Shown here: piece by piece, positions 53,101 to 62,146 of the stretch | Layout: each line of letters opens with the position of its first letter | How positions within the stretch are numbered: the first letter of the stretch is position 1 | NCBI GenBank assembly: GCA_965215855.1 | Contig: CBDCER010000003.1 | Location: 3,574,560-3,638,559, forward strand | Source: Aggregatilineales bacterium | GTDB lineage: Bacteria; Chloroflexota; Anaerolineae; Aggregatilineales; J027 | Reading direction: 5' to 3' | DNA: 64,000 nucleotides | Notes under the pieces: model-generated | The model's input: the letters and a program-made list of their open reading frames with translations, nothing else | Databases searched by the model: none | What the model was told of the DNA's origin: nothing | Program-made: the position numbers and the translations under genes

Positions 53101-54629
53101 GCCATAGCAGCCGCGTGACCCAGCTGGATTTTAGCCTTGATGGCCGTCTTATTGTCTCTGGGGCACTGGACGGCACAGTACGCGTCTGGGATATTCTGGA
53201 ACAACAAGAAATGTTGCAGTTGGACAGTCATCAGGGTAATGTGACGACGGTGGCGTTTAGTCCTGATAACCGCACCATATTGTCCGGAGGGTCAGACAAT
53301 AGCTTGATCGTGTGGGATGTTGAGACCGGCTTGGAACTACATCGCCTCGAAGGACACACGGGAGTTATCCACGATTCTATCTTCAGCGAAGATGGACGAA
53401 CGGTACTCTCTGGAGCCGAGGATGGAGCGGTGATTGTGTGGGACGTGAATACAGGTGAAGAGATTCGCCGTCTAATTGGACACAATGGCCCGGTATGGTC
53501 CATTTCTCCTGTTGCATCTGGTGATCGTGGAATTGTTTCGTTGTCGGCAGATGGTAGTGTGCGCGTTTGGGATATTGAAAGCGGGGCACAACTCAGACGC
53601 ATGGTGGCCCATGGCTCCGACGTAACTGGCGTCGCTTTTGCACCAAGTGGGCAACGTGCTATCTCGGCATCATTGGATCGGACCCTGATTTTGTGGGATT
53701 TGGAAACAGGAGAATCTCTCCAGCAATTCACAGGGCACACCGATTGGATACTGGCAGTGGCAATCAGCCCAGACAGTACCCAAGCGATATCAGGCTCACT
53801 GGATCGGACCCTGATTTTGTGGGACTTGAAAACCAATACGATGATGCTGCAATTGTTGGGGCATAGTCGCGAGGTGATAGACGTCGCTTTTAGCCCCGAT
53901 GGCAACCAAGTTTTGTCGGGATCTGCTGATCATACAGTGCGGCTGTGGGATACAACCACAGGCGATGAAGTGCTTCGCTTGGTCGGTCACAGCGGTCAGG
54001 TCTGGCATGTGGCGTTTAGCCCGGATGGTTCAATGGTCGCTTCAGCCTCGATAGATGGTTCCGTGCGGTTGTGGGATGCCACAAGCGGTGAATTGCTACA
54101 AATATTGGAAAGCCCAGAAATACAATTGATGAGTATTGCATTTAGTCCTGATGGGCGCTTGATGATGGCTGGCTCGGCAGATGCCCGACTATATTTATGG
54201 AACATCGCATCAGGCCAAGAATTACGCCAGTTCATTGGGCATAATGGGCCGGTCGTTGATGTGGCCTTTAGCCCCAATGGGAAAACTATCTTGTCCGCGT
54301 CAACAGATCGTAGCTTGCGCCTCTGGGATGTTTCAACTGGTGATGAGCTGGCACGTTTTGATGGACACACCGCTGAAGTAACTGGGGTAGCATTTAGCCC
54401 CGATGGACGCAGCGCACTATCCGCCTCACGAGATAGCACATTGCGACTATGGCGTACTTTTCGGTCGCTACAAGAAATGATGGAATGGGCCTATGCCAAC
54501 CGGTATGTGCGCCCATTGAGTTGTGAGGAACGCGAGAAATATTTGGTCACACCATATTGTGGGGGTGACGCCACGCTTTTCGCCGAAACTCCGCTGCCTA
54601 TACCAACGATACTGTCGCTCCCTCAGTGA
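50145..54629 (+). CDS. Ser/Thr protein kinase - STAND (nSTAND-like) NTPase - TM - WD40 repeat protein, 1494 aa (paralog of 33108..37886)
   Basis: Kinase motifs GSGGTSVV, VAIK, VHHDLKPSNLL (non-RD), DFGIAR and SIAYLSPE. NPYKGLHAFQEADAGDFFGR follows, with Walker A GPSGSGKSS and Walker B LLLFIDQFEE. The TM helix is about 52399-52467 (LVMLMVVAVVIAFILMTWAL), followed by about 14 WD40 repeats. The ATG shares its A with the upstream TAA (50143-50147). Confidence 0.85.
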   Translation: MQKQPQDDLRGQIVKNYRIDELIGSGGTSVVYRAYQSVIEREVAIKVILPAYANHVEFIRRFEREARIIARLEHPYIVPLYDYWREPGGAYLVMRLLRGGSLADRIVQGPLSLETVAQILEQVADALTTAHQNNIVHHDLKPSNLLMDEQDHVFLADFGIARNVQQDDSSEIELLGSIAYLSPEQIHRQPPTRHSDIFSLGLIVYEMLTGKHPFPDTDRSSLMLHLLKIPLPLLQGEIARLNPVIQQATAKTPEDRFENSQALAHAFRQALGGDSHPATIDTVSTTVIRNPYKGLHAFQEADAGDFFGRERLVEQLLQHLDTDYGPQLLAVVGPSGSGKSSVVRAGLIPALRGGALPGTDRWLVAEMSPGDNPFQELAAALLHIAVHPVENLLEQIQKDPAGLMCAIDHMLPDDDTELLLFIDQFEELFTLAEDEVTRQHFLNTLVTTVTKPFSRVHVVLCLRADFYDLPLQYPEFATAMRPHTEIVIPMTLDELEQAIVGPATQRGLILDLGLVATIIKDVREQPGTLPLLQYALTELFEHRRGNQLTLASYQSIAGVSGSLARRAETIYAVLLPTEQDAARQVFLRLVTLGEGTEDTRRRVQHSELASISIESTSLERVLELFGRYRLLTFDHEPSTRVPTVEIAHEALIKTWGRFWGWINDSRDDLRLHRRLAVATGEWLNAGRDTSFLAAGVRLEQFDRWASATPLVLTEYERQYLQASTVEETKQRTLEMERKAREAVLERRSQYRLRALVMLMVVAVVIAFILMTWALNERASAKSNADNAATGAAIARRSSEESQSLAWATSARQSLRDNNPDLAIVLALEANRIDQPPFQAQQALAEAVYSAGTVRRYVFPYFQINMTSFAVGPDGRTLLIGHSDRTLRLWDMETGQEIREFPGHDALVYSLAYSSGGRTAIAGTGNGILIVWDVVTGAEIIRLLGHQDPISAIRYAPSGRQVASASRRGEIILWNLDDGDQLAAFSGHSSRVTQLDFSLDGRLIVSGALDGTVRVWDILEQQEMLQLDSHQGNVTTVAFSPDNRTILSGGSDNSLIVWDVETGLELHRLEGHTGVIHDSIFSEDGRTVLSGAEDGAVIVWDVNTGEEIRRLIGHNGPVWSISPVASGDRGIVSLSADGSVRVWDIESGAQLRRMVAHGSDVTGVAFAPSGQRAISASLDRTLILWDLETGESLQQFTGHTDWILAVAISPDSTQAISGSLDRTLILWDLKTNTMMLQLLGHSREVIDVAFSPDGNQVLSGSADHTVRLWDTTTGDEVLRLVGHSGQVWHVAFSPDGSMVASASIDGSVRLWDATSGELLQILESPEIQLMSIAFSPDGRLMMAGSADARLYLWNIASGQELRQFIGHNGPVVDVAFSPNGKTILSASTDRSLRLWDVSTGDELARFDGHTAEVTGVAFSPDGRSALSASRDSTLRLWRTFRSLQEMMEWAYANRYVRPLSCEEREKYLVTPYCGGDATLFAETPLPIPTILSLPQ

Positions 54630-56257
54630 CCGGTAAACATGAACAGCCATGAGCCAACGGTCACAACATCGCCCACGCTCAATTCAAAGGGGTCTTCGAC
54701 TCGCCCACCATTAGCAAAAGTGCCATTGGTGCTTCCCAAGTCTTCCAAAAACAGTTTGCCACTCTTTGCCACAATTTGACAATGATGCTCCGACACGTCT
54801 GGTTCAGGAATGACAATATCGTTATCGTTAGCTCGTCCGATTTGCAAACGTGGCATCGTCAAACCCAACTCCTGGCGTTTCCATTTTATTTTGGTAGGCG
54901 TTGCACCTTTGCGCTCAACCGCACGACGCGACGACTTCAGGCGTGTGTGGATCATGACAGTTTCTTCGCGGCGTATACGTTGGGTGGAGTAGAAAACTTT
55001 AGAGCGACTGGATTTACGTGAATAGGCATCATAGCGTTGCGCCCCAAGTTCCATATCCACGGCTTCTTCACGTAACATATCGTGTTCGGCCTGCAATTCA
55101 TCATCGTCCAGGTTAGCATCTTGGATAGCATTTGCCGCCTCTCCAAGCGCCTCCGCTGCTTGTTGATAGTCACCTTTGTCTGCCTGTTGAATAGCTTCGT
55201 CGCGTGCCCGTGCTGCTTGCAAAAGCAAAGCTGACTTCAAAACTTCTAGGTTCGGCTGCTGTCCCTCATAATCTACTTCAGGAACAATGTTGATCGTAAT
55301 TGGAAATTCGATGACACGATGTTCGGTTTTGTCATCAGTAATCTCATCATATTCAAAACGTAGCTGCGCGATCTCAACTTCACCCAAGTCCTTAAGTGAC
55401 GGAATCGTCAATTCGAACAAGAGCGCTTTCATTTCGTCGTGGTACAAGTCACCCATGCGATAGTGTGTGGCGTCTCCCTGTTTTTCTGTGGGATAGGTAT
55501 TGAGCTGATTAATCGTCTGAATATGGTCGGATGATGTCAAGGTGACGACAAGGTTCTGGCCGACGACTGCCAACAGGTCGCGCAATTCTTCCGCAAATAT
55601 GTGAGGCGCTTGGTCGGGATTGTCGATAAAGTAAAATGCGCCGCCGCCCTCGGCTGCCATCCGAGTCAGTAAATCTTCATTGAAATCCATGCCAACGCCC
55701 ATTGTTGTTGTTGTGACTCCTGTATCACGTTTTTGACGAGCCATGGATGAGAGTTGGCCGGGGTCTTTGACACCCTGGTTGGCAAGGCCGTCCGTCAACA
55801 GAAGTACACGGTCAACTTGTCGCTCTGCCAGATTATCATGCACCAATTGACAACCTTGCAACCATCCCCCACTGAGATTAGTTGTGCCGCCCGCCATCAG
55901 TTTTTGAATGGCGTGACTGATTCGATCTTTGTTACTGACTACGGTTGGCTGTAAATCGACAGTGACATCCTGATTATATGAGACTAGGCTGAAATGATCA
56001 CGTGCGCCCAGATGCCGGATCAAGAACTGTGCGGCCTTTTTGACATAATCGAGTTTGTCACCAGCCATTGAGCCGCTGCGATCTAACACTACGCTGATAT
56101 TCAGCGGTAGCCGTTCGCTGGTGGATGGTTTCGCTTTGATGCGTGCCATCAAATAGACACGGTGTTCACGCTCTACTGATAGCACGTCGTAATCGAGGAC
56201 ATAGTCTGCCTGCATCACATTTTCTCCATTCCGGATGTCGGATGTCAGTGCCGTCAT
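54623..56257 (-). CDS. von Willebrand A (VWA) - linker - FHA domain protein
   Basis: MIDAS motif VVLDRSGSMAGDKL with downstream LLTDGLAN and TTTMGVG. A central helical region follows. The C-terminal FHA is LQIGRANDNDIVIPEPDVSEHHCQIV...LEDLGSTNGTFANG. Its stop overlaps the stop of the convergent kinase gene (TCAGTGA). An alternative ATG is at 56215. Confidence 0.8.
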   Translation of the reverse strand: MTALTSDIRNGENVMQADYVLDYDVLSVEREHRVYLMARIKAKPSTSERLPLNISVVLDRSGSMAGDKLDYVKKAAQFLIRHLGARDHFSLVSYNQDVTVDLQPTVVSNKDRISHAIQKLMAGGTTNLSGGWLQGCQLVHDNLAERQVDRVLLLTDGLANQGVKDPGQLSSMARQKRDTGVTTTTMGVGMDFNEDLLTRMAAEGGGAFYFIDNPDQAPHIFAEELRDLLAVVGQNLVVTLTSSDHIQTINQLNTYPTEKQGDATHYRMGDLYHDEMKALLFELTIPSLKDLGEVEIAQLRFEYDEITDDKTEHRVIEFPITINIVPEVDYEGQQPNLEVLKSALLLQAARARDEAIQQADKGDYQQAAEALGEAANAIQDANLDDDELQAEHDMLREEAVDMELGAQRYDAYSRKSSRSKVFYSTQRIRREETVMIHTRLKSSRRAVERKGATPTKIKWKRQELGLTMPRLQIGRANDNDIVIPEPDVSEHHCQIVAKSGKLFLEDLGSTNGTFANGGRVEDPFELSVGDVVTVGSWLFMFTGH

Positions 56258-56501
56258 TTTATCATCATCTGATTTCGTTCACTATGCCCGCCATCATTTC
56301 ATAAAAAAGTGAGCGCTAAGTCTTGCCAAAGCACAAGCGCGATATTACTTATGAGAATACATCTTCTCAAAAGTAATCAATCTTAAACGACCCATTACGT
56401 CATTTTCATCGCCGCAAGCCGACCAACTAACGCTTTGCAAGAGCAGTTGATTTATGCTACAAATGCGCTTTCCCAACATTCATTGAGGAACCGCTGATCT
56501 C

Positions 56502-57347
56502 ATGCTCAACACCCTCTGGCAAACCGTTATTTTTGGACTGATCGCTTCAGCCTCGTTCGGGGCTGCTGATTTCAGCGGCGGATTCGCCACTAAGCGCACC
56601 AGCGTCTATACCGTCATCATTGTTTCACAAGCAGTTGGCTTTGGCTTGATGTTAATTTTATTGGCATTGTTTTGGGAGGTATTGCCGCCTGTAGATGAAA
56701 TCATATGGGGGTGTTTAGCAGGTATCGCGGGGGTGTCAGCCTTGATGGTATTCTATAAAGGGCTGTCAGTGCGTCCTATGAGTGTGTTTTCCCCAGTGGC
56801 GTCGGTGGTGTCAGTAGCATTTCCAGTTATCGTCAGCGGCATTATCGAAGGTGCGCCTTCTGATTCTCAAAAGGTGGGCATCGCACTTGCTTTTGTTGCT
56901 GTTTGGATAATTTCTCGACCCGACGGCAGTGCCCCGATTCATCTACGTGAGATTAATTGGCCGTTACTGGCTGGATTGCTTATCGGCTGTTTTTTCGTCT
57001 TCCTGGAGCGTGCTAGTCAATCGACCACGATCTGGCCGATGGTTATTGCTCGCATTACATCGTTAACAATGATGACGGCCATCATTCTCGCTATGGGGCG
57101 CAGCTTCCGTCCTCCAAGACCTAGGATTCCAATGATCGCGCTAGCCGGGTTGCTTGATGTTGGCGGCAATGTCTTCTTCATCCTCGCGGCCCAAAAAGGA
57201 CGGCTCGATATTGCAACCGTGCTGGCGTCGTTTGCGCCTGCCACAACGGTAGTGCTGGCGTGGGGTGTGTTGAACGAACGCATAACACGTCGTCAATTAA
57301 TCGGTCTGGGCGCGATTCTGGTGGCTATCACATTGATCGTTGTATGA
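56502..57347 (+). CDS. EamA/DMT-superfamily transporter
   Basis: Ten hydrophobic helices in two similar halves, with size and pattern typical of EamA-domain permeases. Confidence 0.75.
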   Translation: MLNTLWQTVIFGLIASASFGAADFSGGFATKRTSVYTVIIVSQAVGFGLMLILLALFWEVLPPVDEIIWGCLAGIAGVSALMVFYKGLSVRPMSVFSPVASVVSVAFPVIVSGIIEGAPSDSQKVGIALAFVAVWIISRPDGSAPIHLREINWPLLAGLLIGCFFVFLERASQSTTIWPMVIARITSLTMMTAIILAMGRSFRPPRPRIPMIALAGLLDVGGNVFFILAAQKGRLDIATVLASFAPATTVVLAWGVLNERITRRQLIGLGAILVAITLIVV

Positions 57348-57386
57348 TTCTGATTTTCCCCATTACGACGTGCGAGTGTGTTATGT

Positions 57387-57411
57387 AGAACCCGCCGGGA
57401 GGACGGGTTCT
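57387..57411. terminator. Bidirectional terminator hairpin between convergent genes
   Basis: AGAACCCG (57387-57394) pairs perfectly with CGGGTTCT (57404-57411). It lies between the stops at 57347 (+) and 57426 (-). Confidence 0.5.
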
Positions 57412-57425
57412 GTGATAAAGTTCGC

Positions 57426-58523
57426 CTATTTGCGTTCTTTCAACCACTCAGCGATGGTCGGCGGCAGTGATTTCTGAATTCTACCACTAACATACATGCC
57501 AATGTGGCCTGCTGGAAAACCTTTGACGGTGTAGTCCGATGTGCCTACATACTTTTCCAGCGGGGTCGTCGATGATGGTGGCACCAGGTGATCGTTCTCA
57601 GCATAAAGATTCAGGACCGGCATGGTGAGATTGCTCAGATCAACACGTTGACCGTCAAGCTCAACTTCACCTTTAATGAACTTGTTGTCCATGTAGAAGT
57701 CGGTCATAAACTGATGCCAGGCTTCACCGGCCTGATCGGGGCTGTCAAAAATCCATTTTTCCATACGCAAGAAGTTGGCAGCATTACCCGCATTATCCAC
57801 TACATCCAGCAAACTCAAGTATTTCTGTAAGCCCAACTCGAACGGCTTCAGCATGAGAAAACCGAAGTTCATGAAGTCGCCGGAAACATTACCCATCGCC
57901 TCGACCATCAGAGCCGGGTCCATGGTTGGTGTGGATGTACCGCATCCCATCCAGACATTCAGTAAACCATCGGTCACGTGGAAATCTACCGGAGCAACCA
58001 TCACCACCAAATTTTTGATCTTCTCAGGGTGTAGTGCCGAGTAGCACATACTGAAAACGCCGCCCTGACATATACCAAGTAAGTTGATGGCATCCAGACC
58101 ATGCGCTTGGCGGACATAATCCACACAACTGTCGATATAGCCATTGATATAGTCATCCAGGGTCAGCCAGCGATCATTGCGTTTCGGGTAGCCCCAGTCA
58201 ATCAGGTATACATCAATCCCCAAGCTCAATAGATTTCGTACTAGGGATCGGTTTTCCTGTAAATCGACCATATAAGGCCGGTTGACGAGCGCATAGGAAA
58301 TGACCAGAGGAATCGGGAAAATCTCGGACTCATCATCGACTAGTGGCTTGTAACGATATAACACCACATGATCGTCCTGGAAAACGGCTTCTTTCTCAGA
58401 CACGCCATATTGAATGTCTTCAGGATTCAAGCCACTGAGAACTTTCACGCCCTCAACTGCCTTGCGACTCATGTCAACTACTTCCTGAGTCGCCTCTTCA
58501 AGATCAATTGGGAAAGGAAACAT
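57426..58523 (-). CDS. phaC: Class III poly(R)-hydroxyalkanoate synthase, catalytic subunit
   Basis: 365 aa alpha/beta hydrolase with the lipase-box variant GICQGG (Cys nucleophile). Its size and its adjacency to a PhaE-like gene fit a class III synthase. Confidence 0.8.
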   Translation of the reverse strand: MFPFPIDLEEATQEVVDMSRKAVEGVKVLSGLNPEDIQYGVSEKEAVFQDDHVVLYRYKPLVDDESEIFPIPLVISYALVNRPYMVDLQENRSLVRNLLSLGIDVYLIDWGYPKRNDRWLTLDDYINGYIDSCVDYVRQAHGLDAINLLGICQGGVFSMCYSALHPEKIKNLVVMVAPVDFHVTDGLLNVWMGCGTSTPTMDPALMVEAMGNVSGDFMNFGFLMLKPFELGLQKYLSLLDVVDNAGNAANFLRMEKWIFDSPDQAGEAWHQFMTDFYMDNKFIKGEVELDGQRVDLSNLTMPVLNLYAENDHLVPPSSTTPLEKYVGTSDYTVKGFPAGHIGMYVSGRIQKSLPPTIAEWLKERK

Positions 58524-58546
58524 CAGTTCTTCTGCTCCTTCGCACT

Positions 58547-59659
58547 TTACTTAGCGCCGTCGGTGTCGGCTTTAGCCGTCTTTTTCTTTTTGCGCGTTGT
58601 CGTTTTCTTTTTCGTGCCACGAGATGCGGACGGCTTCTTGATAGTGGCAATCTCCTTCTTTAGTGCCTTCACTTCTTTCCGCAATTCGTAGATACGGCGA
58701 TGGGCTTCGTCAATTTCAGAGCGTGTTGGTAAATCGGCCACGTCCAGGAACATCTCGGTAACATCGCGTTGGCGCTTACGATAGGCCATCATGGTATTGA
58801 CCAATTTGCCCTGAACGGTCACATAGAGTTCTGAACTGAACGCATCTTTAAACACGCGATCTGCGGTGTTGCTCCACCGATTTAAAAAATCGCGGAGACC
58901 TTCGACTTTCTCGCCACGTTCGACAGCCGCCAACAATTCTTGCATCAACTGTTCAAAGGCTTCCGACCAAACTTCGGCCAGAATGACTTGATATTCAAGC
59001 GATGCTTGTTGAAAATCTAACCACGCCGCGAACCCACGCCGTAGCTTCTCGTCCATTTCGCGGGTATAGCCCAGGCTCGGTGCTTGCAGCAATTTGCCGA
59101 ATGTGTCCTGGAAAGCATCCCAATACAGATTTGTCATATCGAGTAATGCTGAGTGATCGCCTGCCGTTAAATCACCCATACGATCAAAGCCAGATTGGGC
59201 CACGCCAACCCAGGGGCCAAAGAAGGTCTGCCATTGGTCGAGATAGGTTCGCCAAAGCTGGTTCATATTACGGGTAATGGCTGGGCCTTCAGTCGAGGCT
59301 TGCAATAATTGGTTCCGCACCTGTTCCATCTGTGTGCTAAGTTCTGCTTGCCAATCGCCACCGGATTGCAGCGTTGGCACAACAGATCCCCAGATTTGTG
59401 CCGTCAGCTTCATAAATTGCATCATGGCGTTCTGGCTGGCAAACATCTTCTCAGAAACGTCTTGGATCGTCGGGTCAGCATCGCTAGTCCAGGCACGAAT
59501 ACCTTGCAAGGCCATCTGCTGCCACATATCGCTCATAGCGGTAAAGGCTTCCATGCCAGGCAGTGGGCTTTGTCCCATCGACATCCAGTTATTCATCATC
59601 TGCTGTTGAGCATCGGCCCAGGCATCCATCATTGATTTTGATTGTTCAAACCAGTTCAT
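58547..59659 (-). CDS. phaE: Class III PHA synthase subunit PhaE-like protein
   Basis: 370 aa from ATG 59659 (AGGAGGGG upstream). It is helical and Trp/Gln/Met-rich, with a Lys-rich C-terminal tail. It sits immediately upstream of phaC, the usual phaEC arrangement. The 67-codon track extension looks non-coding. Confidence 0.55.
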   Translation of the reverse strand: MNWFEQSKSMMDAWADAQQQMMNNWMSMGQSPLPGMEAFTAMSDMWQQMALQGIRAWTSDADPTIQDVSEKMFASQNAMMQFMKLTAQIWGSVVPTLQSGGDWQAELSTQMEQVRNQLLQASTEGPAITRNMNQLWRTYLDQWQTFFGPWVGVAQSGFDRMGDLTAGDHSALLDMTNLYWDAFQDTFGKLLQAPSLGYTREMDEKLRRGFAAWLDFQQASLEYQVILAEVWSEAFEQLMQELLAAVERGEKVEGLRDFLNRWSNTADRVFKDAFSSELYVTVQGKLVNTMMAYRKRQRDVTEMFLDVADLPTRSEIDEAHRRIYELRKEVKALKKEIATIKKPSASRGTKKKTTTRKKKKTAKADTDGAK

Positions 59660-59676
59660 CAAGGTATCGTCCCCTC

Positions 59677-60159
59677 CTATGATTTGTCTTTGCCGGGCTG
59701 AACCATTTCCATCCATTGCTTGGCCCAATCGGCCTGGACATCCATGACTTTCTGCATGGTATCCTGCCAGCCATCGCGGGCTTTGGCGACCTGATCCTGC
59801 ATCGACTCGTTCATCTGAGTGGGGTTGAATTCTTTGACCATGTTGAACCAGTTCTGCCACAATTGAAGCTGGGTTTCGACCCAGGTGCGTGTCATGTCTT
59901 CGATTGTCTTGACGAACTCATCGACATTGGGCAAGTCGCTGCCAGCAGAAGCGGCCCGTGCCCACATCCGCGCCCAAAGACCTTGCGTTTCGATCAAATT
60001 CTTGACCGAGCTTTCCCAGGTCTGGACAGTGCGTTGCCAGACATCTAACGACGGCATATCGCCAGCTTTTTTCACGGCGTCAGTCAACGTGCTGACCATC
60101 TTTTGCTGGGCATCAGCCCACATTTTGAACATATCTTGCGATTGTTTTAACCAATCCAT
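59677..60159 (-). CDS. Phasin-like / PhaE-N-terminal-like small helical protein
   Basis: 160 aa from ATG 60159 (GGAGG upstream). Its N-terminus MDWLKQSQDMFKMWADAQQKMV parallels the PhaE N-terminus MNWFEQSKSMMDAWADAQQQMM. Rich in W/Q/M helices. Confidence 0.4.
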   Translation of the reverse strand: MDWLKQSQDMFKMWADAQQKMVSTLTDAVKKAGDMPSLDVWQRTVQTWESSVKNLIETQGLWARMWARAASAGSDLPNVDEFVKTIEDMTRTWVETQLQLWQNWFNMVKEFNPTQMNESMQDQVAKARDGWQDTMQKVMDVQADWAKQWMEMVQPGKDKS

Positions 60160-60214
60160 CAGACATTGCCTCCGGAGAGTTTTATTTTTTAGACAGTGAG
60201 TTGAGTATACCGAA

Positions 60215-61120
60215 TTATCTATCAAAATTGTGTTTGATTATCAGGTCAACATCGTCCTCGGTTTGCGGTAGCGTAACGGGCGGGAAGAGCTGCCAGTGTT
60301 CCGTATGTTCTACAATAGCATCGGGCGCCAGGCTCACTAGCGGCCCTAGCGTTTCGAGTTCGAGCATGGCTGGATTTGTGAATACTTCAACGGATGCGCC
60401 AAAATCGGGATACGTGGCATTGGGATTATGTGGAAACCGTTTCACAAATAGTCCCGCTGGATGGGCATAGGCCAACCAACCACGAGTGACACTGAAGCCG
60501 ATTTTTTGTGGCGTTGTGGCTGCTGGATCCTGGCGCACCAAGACATAGCGTTGTCCCCACGATAGACGGGCGTCTGCCAGATTGCTATATCCCCAAAGTG
60601 TGATGCTCGTAGCGGGAAGCACATCTTCATTGTGTGCAACATTCGGTGGCAGAGGGACGATTGCAACACCACCGGAATCCATGACCGACAGTGCCCAAGG
60701 AGATAGTTCCACTGCCCACAAATTATGATTTCGCAGACGATGGACGACCTCAACCTGTGCATCTGTCTCGCTGATCTTAAGATCAAATTCTTTTTGAATG
60801 CCCGTTGTATCTTCCACTGGCGACACCAGCCGCACGAAACCATCATGTTGCTGCAATGATACGGGGGCGTTATCGGGATAATAGGTTCGACGTGTGACTT
60901 CGGGAGCAAGCCACAATCGATGACCGCCATAGATATTCCAGGTATCGCCCCCTTGCTGACCGAACATTTCCGGATATTCCTTGAAGATATTATCGCCATC
61001 CACAAAGCCAAAACGAATGATGCGTGGGCCGATGTCGGTGGTGACAATTGCCTCGATATTGCCATTGGTCAGTCGGTAACAATTCGGCCAACCGCCATAG
61101 GGTATTTTCTCAATCTGCAT
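60215..61120 (-). CDS. Galactose-mutarotase-like (DUF4380-type) protein
   Basis: Motif GGHRLWLAPE and an all-beta pattern that I remember from DUF4380 / aldose-epimerase-like proteins. This is an assignment from memory only. Confidence 0.35.
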   Translation of the reverse strand: MQIEKIPYGGWPNCYRLTNGNIEAIVTTDIGPRIIRFGFVDGDNIFKEYPEMFGQQGGDTWNIYGGHRLWLAPEVTRRTYYPDNAPVSLQQHDGFVRLVSPVEDTTGIQKEFDLKISETDAQVEVVHRLRNHNLWAVELSPWALSVMDSGGVAIVPLPPNVAHNEDVLPATSITLWGYSNLADARLSWGQRYVLVRQDPAATTPQKIGFSVTRGWLAYAHPAGLFVKRFPHNPNATYPDFGASVEVFTNPAMLELETLGPLVSLAPDAIVEHTEHWQLFPPVTLPQTEDDVDLIIKHNFDR

Positions 61121-62084
61121 AAATTTGCGTTCCTGTTGGTAAGCCAGCCAGCGGGGTAGCCATCAACACTGCCCGCCGAATGGCCGTTGCCACAACTTCC
61201 GCCGCGAAAGCGCCGACGACTGACGCATTAGCATTTTTCGATTGACCGGTTGCGAGTGCAAAGATGGTATCGCCATCGAACATGGTATGAGATGGACGGA
61301 TAGCACGTGCCAAACCATTGTGGGCCATTTGTGCGACTTTGTTGGTTTCTTCTTTGGTCAGTTGAGCGTTGGTTGCCACCACGCCAATGACCGTGTTGCT
61401 GACAATAGGTGGTTGGATGACCATTTGCTTTAACATTGCCATACTATCCATAAATTGATTGCCGTCGGGTGGTTGTCTTGCCCCGGCGATAATCTGCCCA
61501 TTAGCACTGTAGACATCTCCCAGTGCATTGACCACCATCAATGCTGCGACTTTGACGCCACCCACCAATTCAACAGCCGCGCTGCCGATGCCAGATTTAC
61601 AGGCCATTTGAAGACCTGTGAATGTGCCAACTCTAGCTCCGGCTCCTGCGCCAATACACCCCTCCACCACTGTTTCAACTGAGGCATTGCGGCAAGCAGT
61701 ATAGCCCATGTCCGCATTCGGGCGAATATCGGCGTTGCCCAGATCAAGATCGAAGATAACCGCTGCCGGTACAATTGGCACAACACCCACGCCTACTGGC
61801 AACCCTATGCCATGTCCCTCCAAATAGCGCATGACCCCACCCGCCGAATCTAGGCCATAGGCACTACCACCTGACAACATAATGGCATGAACATACTGTA
61901 CCAAATGCACGGGGTGTAACAGATCAGTTTCGCGGGTGCCAGGTGCGCCACCACGTTGATCGACTCCGCCAACCGTATTCGGTGGGCACAAAACCACTGT
62001 GCAGCCCGTCGGTCCATCCATATTTTGCGCGTGCCCAACTCGTATGCCGTCGATAGCAGTCAATGTTTGGTTGTCCATAGGCAT
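61110..62084 (-). CDS. DmpA/BapA-type (peptidase S58, P1 family) aminopeptidase
   Basis: GIRVGHAQ...GPTGCTVVLCP....GGVDQRGGAPGTRETDLL and the self-processing region GSA... are typical of S58. The start is set to ATG 62084, because the track TTG at 62141 would leave only 5 nt to the divergent coaX. Confidence 0.75.
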   Translation of the reverse strand: MPMDNQTLTAIDGIRVGHAQNMDGPTGCTVVLCPPNTVGGVDQRGGAPGTRETDLLHPVHLVQYVHAIMLSGGSAYGLDSAGGVMRYLEGHGIGLPVGVGVVPIVPAAVIFDLDLGNADIRPNADMGYTACRNASVETVVEGCIGAGAGARVGTFTGLQMACKSGIGSAAVELVGGVKVAALMVVNALGDVYSANGQIIAGARQPPDGNQFMDSMAMLKQMVIQPPIVSNTVIGVVATNAQLTKEETNKVAQMAHNGLARAIRPSHTMFDGDTIFALATGQSKNANASVVGAFAAEVVATAIRRAVLMATPLAGLPTGTQIYAD

Positions 62085-62146
62085 TATGTTCCCTATGCTG
62101 ATTTTGGGAATGTTCGTTATATTGTAGCGAAAAAAGGACAAAATTC

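Noticed and set aside
53231-53905. 224-aa minus-strand ORF inside the second kinase-STAND-WD40 gene; similar long antisense ORFs occur at 20955..21509, 26583..27194, 38588..39142, 48913..49407 and 60442..61065
   Set aside because: Each lies fully inside a much longer ORF with clear domain motifs on the other strand. The translations are compositionally odd (Ser/Arg/Pro-rich) and have no recognisable motifs.
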